Shown one piece after another: positions 52,871 through 64,000 of a stretch of DNA of 64,000 nt. Both the position numbers and the translations under genes were made by a program. This DNA is from Malacoraja senta (lineage: Eukaryota). A model generated the notes under the pieces. That model made no database searches, had not been told where the DNA came from, and saw nothing but the letters and a program-made list of their open reading frames with translations. The stretch spans positions 2,668,001-2,732,000 of the forward strand of contig CM075990.1 in the NCBI GenBank assembly GCA_038087875.1. Reading direction: 5' to 3'. Each line of letters begins with the position of its first letter. The stretch's first letter is position 1.

Positions 52871-55800
52871 ATCTACAGAATATCTATCAGGAGCCCAGCC
52901 AGCACGTACGTCAGGAATAATGAGACAAGAAAACAAGCTACTGGAAGAATTCTGTGGGTCAGGCAGCATCTGTGGAGGGAAGTGGATCACCAATGTTTTG
53001 GTTTGGGACCCTCCTTCCTATTGATGCTGCCTAACCCAGAGTCTCTTCAGTCTGTTTTGTGCTCGGGATTCCAACAGCTGTAGGCCCTTGTGTTTCAAAG
53101 AATAATCAGACTTATCTTTAACTAAAATATTTGAAATATCATTTGTTTTGAAATGCACAAAATTTGTGAAGTGATTTTAGGACATTCACAGAATATTACT
53201 TTGTTTAATAGTTTATTTAATTTCTAAACTAACTAATTGTCAGCTAAACCCTTTTGTTTCATACCTGCTTGTCATCTCTGGCTTTTGTCCAACCATCTGC
53301 CCAACAACTCCCCCACCTGTGTTCACCTGCCACACTTTGTCATTCCTCTCCTCTCATCTATCTCCCAATCCCCCACAATCAGTCTGAAGAAGGGTCCCAA
53401 CCCAAAACATGACCTATCCATGTTCTCCAGAGTTGCTGCCTGACCCACTGCGTTACTTCATCACTGTATCTTTTATTTGAAAACCAACATTTGAAGTTCC
53501 TTGTTTCCACAACTTAAACTTTGCTCCTCTGACCTCAATGTTATGCCCTCTAATCTTTGACATTTCCACTCTGTGAAAAAGGTTCTCGACTGTCAACCCA
53601 ATCTACGCAAATCTCATAATTGTATATACTTCTATCAGGTCTCCGCTCAACATTCAGTGTAATTTAAAAACAAATAAATCTAATTTAATTTTAAATAGTG
53701 CAGTTGCTTGTATTGCAGGACATGTTTCGAAGGCAAAGCGATGGACAACACGGTGGCGCTGCGGCAGAGATGCTGCCTCACAGCGCCAGAGACCCGGGTT
53801 CCATCCTGACTACGGGTGCTGTCTGTATGGAGTTTGCACCTTTTCCCCTTGACCTGCGTGGCTTTTATCCGGGTGCTCCGGTTTCCTCCCACACTCCAAA
53901 GACATGCAGGTTTGTAAGTTGAAAATGTAAATTGACCCTAGTGTGTGTAGGATAGTGTTAGTGTTCGGGGATCGCTGGTCTGCGTTGACTCGGTGGGCTG
54001 AAGGGCCTGTTTCCGCGCTGTATCTCCAAACTAAAGCAAACTAAACTCAAGCAGTTAGTTCTGAAAGAGTTGTTGGTGGCTGGATCATGCGAATCACCCA
54101 CTTGAAGGAAGGAGTGAATACATAATGAGGAGATCAGAGTCACATCTACGTAAATCTTGCACAGAATGATGAGGAAAGCAGCAGATGGAGTGTGGAATGG
54201 AAAAGAGTGGGACAGAGAGAAACAGCCAGCTGTTACTGCATTGAAAGGAGACAGAATTAGTTTAGTTCAACTAAACTAAACTAAACTAAACTAAACTAAA
54301 CTAAACTAAAAGTTTGATGTCTCAAAAAGGCAGCCAGCATCATCAGCGACCCACACCACCCTGGCCACACTCTCAATTCACTCCTGCCATCGGGAAGAAG
54401 GTACAGGAGCCTGAAAACTGTAACATCCAGGTTCAGAAACATTCTTCCCTCCAGCCATCAGGCTATTAAACACTACAACCTCAAATAAGCTCTGAACTAC
54501 ACAAACCTTCAGTCTGAAGAAGGGTTTCGGCCCGAAACGTTGCCTATTTCCTTCGCTCCATAGATGCTGCTGCACCCGCTGAGTTTCTCCAGCACTTTTG
54601 TCTACCTTCGATTTTCCAGCATCTGCAGTTCCCTCTTAAACTCTTATAGACTTTTACTGTTATTGTTGCACTATTATTGTTTGCTGTGTGTATGTGTGTA
54701 CATGTGTGTATGTGTATATATATATATTACATAATCTATATATGTGTGTATTTGTGAGTATGTGTATATATCATCATCATCAACGTTGAAAACATCAAGG
54801 GGCACGGTGCCTTACAATGCTATGCACGACAACTTCTACTGAAGAAATGAGTATATATATATATACACACACTGAACTCTCTCGTTTATTATATAGTATA
54901 CAGTGTACTATGTTTACATATTCTGTTGTGCTGCTGCAAGTAAGAATTTCATTGTTCTATCTGGGACACATGACAATAAAACACTCTTGACTTGACCCTC
55001 TTGACACTAAACTAAAGTAAACTAAACTAAAGCAAGCTAAGCTCTCCACAGCCTGACCCTATCTATCGCTGTAGCTTCCTCCAGCACAAAACCCTCCGGG
55101 ATCTCCGAGCTGCCTCAATTCTGGCTCTTTGCGGGGACGGACCACGTGGAAGTGAGGACGCCGCTGCCGGGGGGAGGAACAAAGAGAGGACCCGGTGTGA
55201 GAGGACCACCGTGAGCGAGGGGGAGGGGGAGGGAGAACAATGGTGATCCGGCACGGAGGTACTTTATAACTTTGTAAGTGCCCTTTATATAGCGAGTATT
55301 TGCATACCTTGCAAAGAATTCCACCATGACTTATAGACAATAGACAATAGACAATAGGTGCAGGAGTAGGCCATTCGGCCCTGCGAGCCAGCACCACCAT
55401 TCAATGTGATCATGGCTGATCATCCACAATCAGTAACCCGTTCCTGCCTTTTCCCCATATCCCCTGACTCCGCTATCTTTAAGAGCCCTATCTAGTTCTC
55501 TCTTGAAAGCCTCCAGAGAACCTGCCTCCACCGCCCTCTGAGGCAGAGAATTCCACAGACTCACCACATGTGATAATAAAGTATTCATTCTTTGTTCACG
55601 CCCAGCTTTCCTCAGCCTGCCAGTGGCAGCCCTGCCTTCCGCCGTCTATAAAGTGTTATACTGGCAAGTGTTGCAGCGCAGAGTTGCGCAGTAATCCCAG
55701 TGTAAACGGGATACTAAGTGCGTCGTATTGGGCCCCCGGGGGCAAAGTTCCCGAAGAGGCGTGACGGAAAATGGACGACAATCTAAAGAAAGATTTGGGG

Positions 55801-58219
55801 CCTGTGACCAAAGGATTACTGTGGAAGCCCTCATCTTTTCACCACGAACGTTGGGTTTAGGTATCATCCTCCTGTGCCTTTTAGCTGCCAATTCCAAGCC
55901 AACCCCACCATTTAACCCTGTCTGCTAACACCATGCAACAGAGGTGAGTGGGTTCCCTCTCCCTCACATTCCCCAACACAGGATGTCAACACAGGATGGG
56001 AACATCACTGGCTTTAATCTTAAAAGCTTCAGTGGAATCCTTGTTTACAAGTTTGTTTTTACTGAAACCAAAGATGGTTCTCTGTCATCGCTGGTCGATC
56101 CCGGTTATTTTAGTTTAATCCACCGTCTCTTCTTTAATCTCCACTAATGTTAGGAGGCCCACCATGAGATGAGCTATTAGCTTCTCCACGGTGGATGGAG
56201 TTTCTCACGTATACAACTAACTGTACAGTGAAATTATTGTTGCATATATTGCACATGTGGGCGCCGCCATTTTTGGCGCCATTATTCAGCGTCCAAGGTC
56301 CGGTCGAAGATGTACTGGAGCAGTTCCCCACCAACCGACGTCCCTCTCCTCTCCTCTCCTCGCCCGGCCATCTCTGTGTCACGGGGGCGCCTCCTGCAGC
56401 CGACCTTGAAGGCGCTGGAGGCATTACTCCGGTCCACCCTCCTGCCGGCTCCTCGCGTCCGAGATCTCCAGTTACTAGGTCAGGCGCTGACCGACAAGCC
56501 TTATTGAACCATTGAACTATATAGCGCTGGGCTGGGCTCAAGTATTGTAACACAATATTCCTGTTGTCGCAAACCATCAAACTCTTCGAATTAATTTTGC
56601 TCTGTTCAGATACCAGACTCTACACCAGAGTGGCACGGTGGTGCAGCGTTAAAGTTGCTGCCTTCCAGCACCAGAGACCCCGGTTCAATCCTGACTAGAA
56701 GTGCTATCTGTACGGAGTTTGTACATTCTCCCTGTGACCACGTGGGTTTTCTCCGGGTGCTCCGGTTTCCTTCCACGCTCTAATGACGTCTCTAGAGTGT
56801 TGGATAGAACTTGTGTATGGGTGATCGCTGGTCGGCACAGACTTGGCGGGCCTGTTTCCATGCTGTATCTCGAAAGTCTAAAGTCTAAAGTATACAATGG
56901 GATATTAGTTTGGCTTCACAAAAATGTAATAACTGCTATCCATGTGTGACTTGGCAACCAGTTCTGATTTATCAGAGTCGGGTTTGGAGTACACTATTGT
57001 AGCTATTAACATTCCAGCTTCTGGATGGAATCTTACGCAATGCTCACAACACGATTTGACTGAAAGCTTCCAAACGTATTTGATTTTACAGCAAAACTGA
57101 TTTTAAATGCACGCACAAGAACTGTGGCACAGAGCTACGACGGTAGAGTTGCTGAATTACAGCGCCAGAGACCCGGGTTCGATCCAGACTACGGGTGCTG
57201 CCTGTACGGAGTTTGTACCTTCTCCCCGTGACCTGCGTGGGTTTTACTCCGAGATCTTCGGTTTCCTCCCACACTCCAAAGACGCAGGTTAATTGGTTCG
57301 GTGTAAATGTAAATTGGCCCTAGTGCGTGTAGAGTAATGTTAGTGTGCAGGGATCGCTGGTCGGTGTGGACTCGGTGGGCCGAAGGGCCTGTTTCCGTGC
57401 TGTATCTCTAAATTAAACTAAAACTAAACAGTTCTCTTTGCTTTAAAAAAATTAATAATCGCAGTCACGAAACAGATACATTCATTTTAAAGGGTCAGAG
57501 TTAACAAAGGGAGGAGAAAAGAATTTACAGTGATAACAGTAGCTAAAAGAAATGGAATGGTTAAAAGACAGATGGAGGCCATTTGGCCCTTTGGATCCAT
57601 GCTAGCAAGTAGAACAAACATATCAGTTCCATGTAGGATGGAACTGCAGATGCTGGTTTAAATCGAAGATAGACACTGAAGAAGGGTCTCGACCCAAAAC
57701 GTCACCCATTCCTTCTCTCCAGAGATGCTGCTGCCTGTCCCGCTGAGTTACTCCAGCATTTTGTGTCTATCTTCAGTCATATCTGTCCCATTCCTCCTCT
57801 CCCTAGCAATAACTTCTCTCTCACACCAATCGGCTGCCTCATAATGCAACTTACTTATAATAAGGAATAATTTAGTTTAGCATAGAAACAGGCCATTCGG
57901 CCCACCCTGTCCATGCCAACTATCTATCACCCGAATACCAGGAATGATGGGTTAACATATGACGGCATTGGAATTTACTCACTGAAAAGTACTGAATAGC
58001 GAAAAGCCTGGATAGAGTGAATGTGGAGAGGATGTTTCCACTAGTGGGAGAGTCAAGGACCAGAGGCCACAGCCTCAGAATAAAAGGCCATACCTTCAGA
58101 AAGGAGATGAGGAGGAATTTCTTTGGTCAGAGGGTGGTGAATCTGTGGAATTCATTAACATCGAAGGTTGTGGAGGCCAAGTCAATGGATATTTTTAAGG
58201 TGAAGATTGACACATTCTT

Positions 58220-58648
58220 TCCTCTTAGCAGGTAAACCAGACCAATTCCAAAAGATATGGTCTCCATTTATCGACTTATTACAAACATAGGGTGCAACAA
58301 AATGTTGATAATAAATGGTTTCAGGACCTGGCGAGGGGTGAGTAAAGATATGAAGTAATTACATCCCTTTCATATTGTCCTATCTTATCTTATTTTTTAT
58401 TTTTTATTTTTCCTCCTTTTGGTTTTTCTCTTTTTTTTAAAACTATTTCTTGTGGTTTAGGTCCATATGGGTGTTCCTGGACCACTCTTTCAATCACTCG
58501 CTTACTATCTTTACTAACTCTTTCTATCCTTTTCTCTTATTAAAGTTTAAAATAAGAAGTGGTACAAGAAAAGTATAAACACGTTATTGCAGATTACTGT
58601 AATGTACAATACTTCTAATAAAATAAAAAATATAAAAAATTTAAAATA
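58220..58648 (+). mobile_element. 5'-truncated L1-clade insertion with 17-bp TSD inside CR1
   Basis: LLAGKPDQFQKIWSPFIDLL*, A-rich tail; TSD aagattgacaSattctt at 58203-58219 and 58649-58665. Confidence 0.85.
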
Positions 58649-58752
58649 AAGATTGACAGATTCTTGATTCGTACGGGTGTCAGGGATTATGGGAAGAAGG
58701 CATGAGATTGGGATTAGGAGGGAGAGATAGATCAGCCAGTATTGAATTGCGG

Positions 58753-59058
58753 TTATCAACACCGTAAATTGGAGGAAATGCACCTCATATTCCGCTTGGG
58801 CAGTCTACATCCTGGGGGCTTGAACATTGAATTCTCCCAATTCTGCTAGCCCTTGCTGTCCCCTCCCCTTCATCAGCCATCTGGTTGTCTCCTCCCCTCC
58901 CCCAGCCCTCGGGCTCCTCCTCCGCCTTTTTCCTTTTTTCCTTTCTTCTCACCACCCTCTATCAGTCTGAAGAAGGGTTTCGGCCCGAAACGTTACCTAT
59001 TTCCTTCGCTCCATAGATGCTGCTGCACCCGCTGAGTTTCTCCAGCATTTTTGTGTAC
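58753..59058 (+). mobile_element. Penelope-like element 3' end with apparent TSD
   Basis: RKLEEMHLIFRLGSLHPGGLNIEFSQF* plus hammerhead motif; flanked by cagccaKtattgaat at 58733 and 59059. Confidence 0.82.
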
Positions 59059-59791
59059 CAGCCATTATTGAATGGTGGAGCAGACTTGATGGGCCGAATG
59101 GTCAAATTCTGCTCCTATCACATAAGCTTATTAACATGATATTTTTAAAGCAGGGATTGACAGATTCTTAATTTTTAAGGGAGTCAGGGGTTATGGGGAG
59201 AAGGCAGGAGAATGGGGTTGAGAGGGAAAGATAGATCAGCCTAGATTGAAAGGCAGAGTAAACTCGATGGGCCGAATGGCCTAATTCTGCTCCTAGAACA
59301 TATAAACTTATGAACCTCCTGTGCTGTATTTTTCCATGTTCTATGTTCTATGAACAATTAAATCATCTGAACTGTAACTGAACATCCATACACTGCATCC
59401 TGGCCCCCTCAATACAAATCTAAAATTCGCCCTCCTTACGATTTAATATTGTATTAACATATTATTTTCTCCCGTGTATGCTTGCTTAGCAACGGCGAGA
59501 GTTCCCGCTGTCGAACATTTAGACAGCCTAATTGTTTCAGCCCAGCCGTGTTGTCAGAAAACAAAACCTAGGCTCCCCTGCTGAACATATATTGAAAATT
59601 GTTTCTCCGTTTTATACACGCTGTATTGAGCTCATGTGGTGCGAAACAAAATGTCAATTATGCTGCAAATTCTAGAGTTCTGGGCCTTCGTAGCAACAAT
59701 AACAAACAGTTCATGAGTCATTCATTTTCAATAGATCGTGCAAAGAAAAATCTACCCACGCAAAGAAAAATCTACAAAATCAATAACTTTA

Positions 59792-60113
59792 GCGGCAGCA
59801 CGGTGGCGCAGCGGTAGAGTTGCTGCCTCACAGCACCAGAGACCGGGTTCCATCCTAACTATGGGTGCTGTCTGTACGGAATTTGCACGTTCTCCCTGTG
59901 ACCGTGTGGGTTTCACCCGGGTGCTCCGGTTTCCACCCACACTACAAAGAAGTACAGGCTTGGAGGTAAATAGTCTTTGGTAAAATTGTAAATTGTAAAT
60001 TGTCCCTGGTATGTAGAATAGTGCTAGTGTACGGGATCGCTGGGCCACGCGGACGCGATGGGCCGAAGGGCCTGTTTCTGCGCTGTATCTCTAAAATAAA
60101 CTAAACTAAACTT
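59792..60113 (+). mobile_element. tRNA-derived V-SINE (HE1-like), full length
   Basis: Same consensus. Other copies start near 11265, 17390, 19005, 22567, 30470, 31313, 32376, 33133, 34452, 43740, 46195, 47309, 50685, 53745, 56630, 57124, 61660 and 62405. Confidence 0.85.
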
Positions 60114-62919
60114 TAGATAGACACAAAAATCCGGATGTCAGACAGCATCTCTGGTGAAAAGGTGACGTTTCGGGTCGAGACCCTTCCTCAGACTGAGAAT
60201 CAAAGGGAAAGGAGAGATATTTACGGCGATATAGAGAGATATAGGACAAATTAATGGAAGATTAAGCAAAAAAGTAACCATAAAGGGAACAGGCTGTTGT
60301 TAGCTGTGGGCTGGGTGAAAAAGAGTTACAGACAATAACAAGAGACTTAACAAGATGACTTTGACGCTAGTACGACTTGGGTGGGGGGAGGGAAGGAGAG
60401 AGAGGGGATGCAAGGGTTACTTGAAGTTAGAAGTGACAATTAATATATTTTTAGCAGGGAATGAGCTCAGCACCTCTGACAATAATGAATCCAGGAGTTT
60501 GAGGTGATCAGGGTTGTCGCTTGTATGATGTCACGACTCCACCAAGGGGGCAACGTTTCACATGGGGTCCCATTTGTAAAATAAATGACATAAAGTTAGA
60601 CAGAGAGAACCAGCTCTGAAACATAGTGACACGTCGTGAGAGGCAGTGAGGGATACAAGGAACTGCAGATGCCGGCTTATGAAAAAAAAAGTCACAAAGT
60701 GCTGGAGTAACATGCAGAATCTCTGGAGAACATGGATAGGCAACGTTTTGAAATGGCGTCCAAAGCAGGGCCCAACTCAAAATGTCGCCCATTCATGTTC
60801 TCCAGACATGGCGCCTGACCTAGTGAGTTACTCAATAACTTTGTGTCTTCTAGGTCATATTTTCATAAGTTCATAAATGATAGGAGCAGAATTAGGCCAA
60901 TCGGCCCATCAAAACTAATCCGCCATTCAATAACGGCTGATCTATCTGTCCCTCTCAACCCCATTCTCCTGCCTTCTCCTTGTAACCCCTGACACATGCA
61001 CTAATCAACAATCTATCCATCTCTGCCTTAAAAATATCCATTGACTTGGCCTCCACAGCCTACTGTGGCAAATAATTCCACAGATTCACCACCACTTGAG
61101 AAATTCCTCCTCATTTCCTTCTTAAAGGAATGTCCTTTAATTCTGAGGCTGTGCGTTCCCTCTGGTCAGAGACTCTCCCACTAGTGGAAACATCCTCTCC
61201 ACATCCGCTATATCCAGGCCCTTCACCAGGTCAGTGTTGGTTGGCATTGTTGCAGCATTAGGGAGCTGAGTCGGTCATAAGCAATGCTGGTTGTCGTTCA
61301 CTGGCCCCCCTGTTACAGAGCCCACTGTTCATTCACAAACACCAAGGGTCATTGCCAAGTTGGAGTCCCTGATACCAAATGTGCCACAAGCATTGGAGCC
61401 ATAGCACTCAAGAACGAGGAAAATATTGCTGACCATAAAGCTTGAGATAGACACAAAATAACTCAGCGGGACAGGCAGCATCTCTGGAGAGAAGGCCTGG
61501 GTGACATTTCGGGTCGAGACCCTTCTTCAGACCGAAGAGGCCTGACTGAAGATGTTCTTCTGCTCAACCAAAAACATCACCCATTCCTTCTCTCCCGAGA
61601 TGCTGCCTGTCCCGCTGAGTTCCTCCGACTTTTTGTGTCTATGCTGGAGGAAAGATCCTTTAGACTTTAGAGAAGCAGCGCGGAAACAGGTCCTTCGGCC
61701 CACAGAGTCCGTGCCGACCAGCGATCCCCCATAAACTAGTTCTATCCAACACACGAGGGACAATTCACAGAAGCCAATTTCACCTACAAACCCGCATGTC
61801 TTTGGGACGTGGAAGGAAACCGGAGCACCCGGAGAAAACCCACGCAGTCACAGGGAGAACGTACAAACTCCGTACAGGCAGGATCGAAGCCGGGACTCTG
61901 GTGCTGTAAGGCAGCAACTCTACTGCTGCGCCACCGTGTCACTCCATGAGAAGACCAAATGAGTGTTGTCCAGGTAGAAGCCTTTAAAGGGGCGAAGGAA
62001 TGATGAGGAAATGGACGTCACGGCACATCACCTAGTGAGCAGGGAGGAGGAAGGAGGGAGATGTCTTGTGTCCTGAAGACTGCACTTGGGGATGGAGTGG
62101 CAGAGTCTTGAACAACAGGCACCAAATACAATGACTCTCCTAAGCCAGCCTGACTGAGAGGTGTAAACATTATCCTGTCTGGATTGTGTCTGCTGCTTGT
62201 ACTACGAAGTTCCCACCCTCTGGAGGGAGGATGACGCAGGGCTCACAGCTACTGAACAATTTCACAATTAGTTACGGTTCTTTAAGCTGCTCATTGGATT
62301 GAGAATGTACTCATACAGTGCGCTTTGGAGAGCTGGAGGGGGTGCTATCGGAAAGGAAAGGCTCATACTCAATGTATACGACAGATCTGGCTACTGTCTT
62401 GCAACGGCCAGAGACCCGGGTTCGATCCTGACTACGGGTGCTGTCTGTACGGAGTTTGTATGTTCTCCCCGTGACCTGCGTGGGTTTTCTCCAAGATCTT
62501 CAGTTTCCTCCCACATTCCAAAGACGTACAGGTTTGTAGGTTAATTGGCTTGGTATAAAACAATGTAAGTTGTCTCTCGTGTGTGTAAGATAGTGTAAGT
62601 GTGTGGGGATCACTGGTCAGTGTGGACTCGGTTGGCCTTAGGGCCTGATTCCACACTGTATCTCTAAACTAGACTAAAACCACATACTAAATGTACAGAG
62701 AAAACATTCAGGTTTTCTCCACAAGCAACTTCCAACCTGTGACCTGTGTCAGCAAGGGCAATAGACAATAGACAATAGACAATAGACAATTGGTGCAGGA
62801 GGAGGCCATTCGGCCCTTCGAGCGTGCACCGCCATTCACTGTGAACATGGCTGATCATCCACAATCAGTACCCCGTTCCTGCCTTCTCCCCATATCCCTT
62901 CAGTCCTCTATCTTTAAGA

Positions 62920-63470
62920 GGACCCATATCTGAGGAAGGATGTGCTGGCTCTGGAGAGGGTCCAGAGGGAGTTTACAAGAATGATCCCAGGAATGAGTGG
63001 GTTAGTGTACGACGAGTGTTTGACGGCACTGGGCCTGTACTCGCTGGAGTTTAGAAGGTTGAGGGGGGACATCATTGAAACTTACAGAATAATGAAAGGC
63101 ATAGATAGAGTGGATGTGGAAAGGATGTTTCCACTGGTGGGAGAGTCTAGGACTAGAGGTCACAGCCTCAGAATTAAAGAGCGTTCTTTTAGAAAGGAGG
63201 TGAGGAGGAACTTCTTTAGTCAGAGGGTAGTTAATCTGTGGAACTCATTGCCACAGAGGGCTGTGGAGGCCAAGACAGTGGATATTTTTAAGGCAGAGAT
63301 AGACAAATTCTTGGTTAGAACGGGGGTCTCAAGGGTTATGGGGAGAAGGCAGGAAAATGGGATTAGGAGGCAGAGATCAGCCATGATTGAATGGCGAAGT
63401 GGACTAGATGGACCGAATGGTCTAATTCTGCTCCTATAACATATTCTGCTCCTATAACATTGTGAACTTG
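62920..63470 (+). mobile_element. CR1 LINE 3' end
   Basis: LALERVQREFTRMIPGMSGL...FFSQRVVNLWNSLPQRAVEA. Further CR1 pieces at about 5466-5757, 8270-8635, 15577-15880, 26500-26890, 27710-28345, 35905-36246, 50300-50605, 55330-55567, 60870-61228 and 63570-63920. Confidence 0.9.
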
Positions 63471-64000
63471 TGACCAGGGTGACAGGTGTATTCATTTACC
63501 ACCATCTGTAAATTCCACTTCAACGCCATCCTGACACATTGCCAATCCTTCACCTTCTTGCACTAAGGAGGCGGATGAGGGGTGATGGTATCGAGGTGTA
63601 TAAAATCATGAGAGGAATAGATCGGGTCTCTTGCCCCGAATAGGGGAATCGAGGACCAGAGGACATGGGTTCATGGTGAATAGGAATCTGAGGGGTAACT
63701 TTTTGACACAGAGGGTGGTGGGGTTATGGGATAAACTGCCAGAGGAGGTAGTTGAGGCTGGGACTATCCCAATTTTTAAGAAACAGTTAGACAGGTACAT
63801 GGATGGGACAGGTTTGGAGGGATTTGGGGCAAACACAGGCAGGTGGGACTAGTGTAGATGCGACATGTTGGTCGGTGTGGGCAAGGTGGGCCAAAGGGCC
63901 TATTTCCATGCTATATCATATGCTATGATTCTTTTATCCTTTATCTGCACACTGTGTTCGGTAACTATACCGTTGCGCCACCCTGCCACTCCGGTCCTGA

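Noticed and set aside
55570..64000. Upstream Pax exon (expected to end ...YPVVT/G)
   Set aside because: No matching minus-strand sequence was found by eye; it is probably to the right of the window.

Overview
Eukaryotic, repeat-saturated vertebrate DNA. The repeat set (tRNA-headed V-SINEs with CR1-type tails resembling elasmobranch HE1/HER1, plus CR1, L2, Rex1/Babar, L1, Penelope-like and Harbinger-type elements) suggests a cartilaginous fish such as a skate or ray; this is inference. The only host coding sequence I can support is two minus-strand exons of a Pax2/5/8 gene, most like Pax2: 48794-48895 (102 bp) and 39371-39457 (87 bp). Both are phase 1-1 with canonical AG/GT ends and encode the C-terminal transactivation region. 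I did not find the expected terminal exon (SSPYYYS...YDRH*); it may lie in the 200-N gap at 36247-36446 or left of the window. The long ORFs I examined are transposon debris or CA-repeat artefacts. The most interesting structures are: (1) recurrent ~200-bp Penelope-derived palindromes whose symmetry axis sits between two back-to-back minimal hammerhead ribozyme motifs; (2) eight PIF/Harbinger-type MITEs with a shared TIR and a shared central spaced palindrome, one of which has captured a hammerhead palindrome and an inner mini-MITE; (3) a triplicated, partly inverted intronic segment beside a Pax splice donor; (4) GC-rich non-autonomous retroelements that share a head but have swapped LINE tails. 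All classifications come from reading the sequence by eye; no database searches were run. Repeat boundaries are approximate unless a TSD is given.
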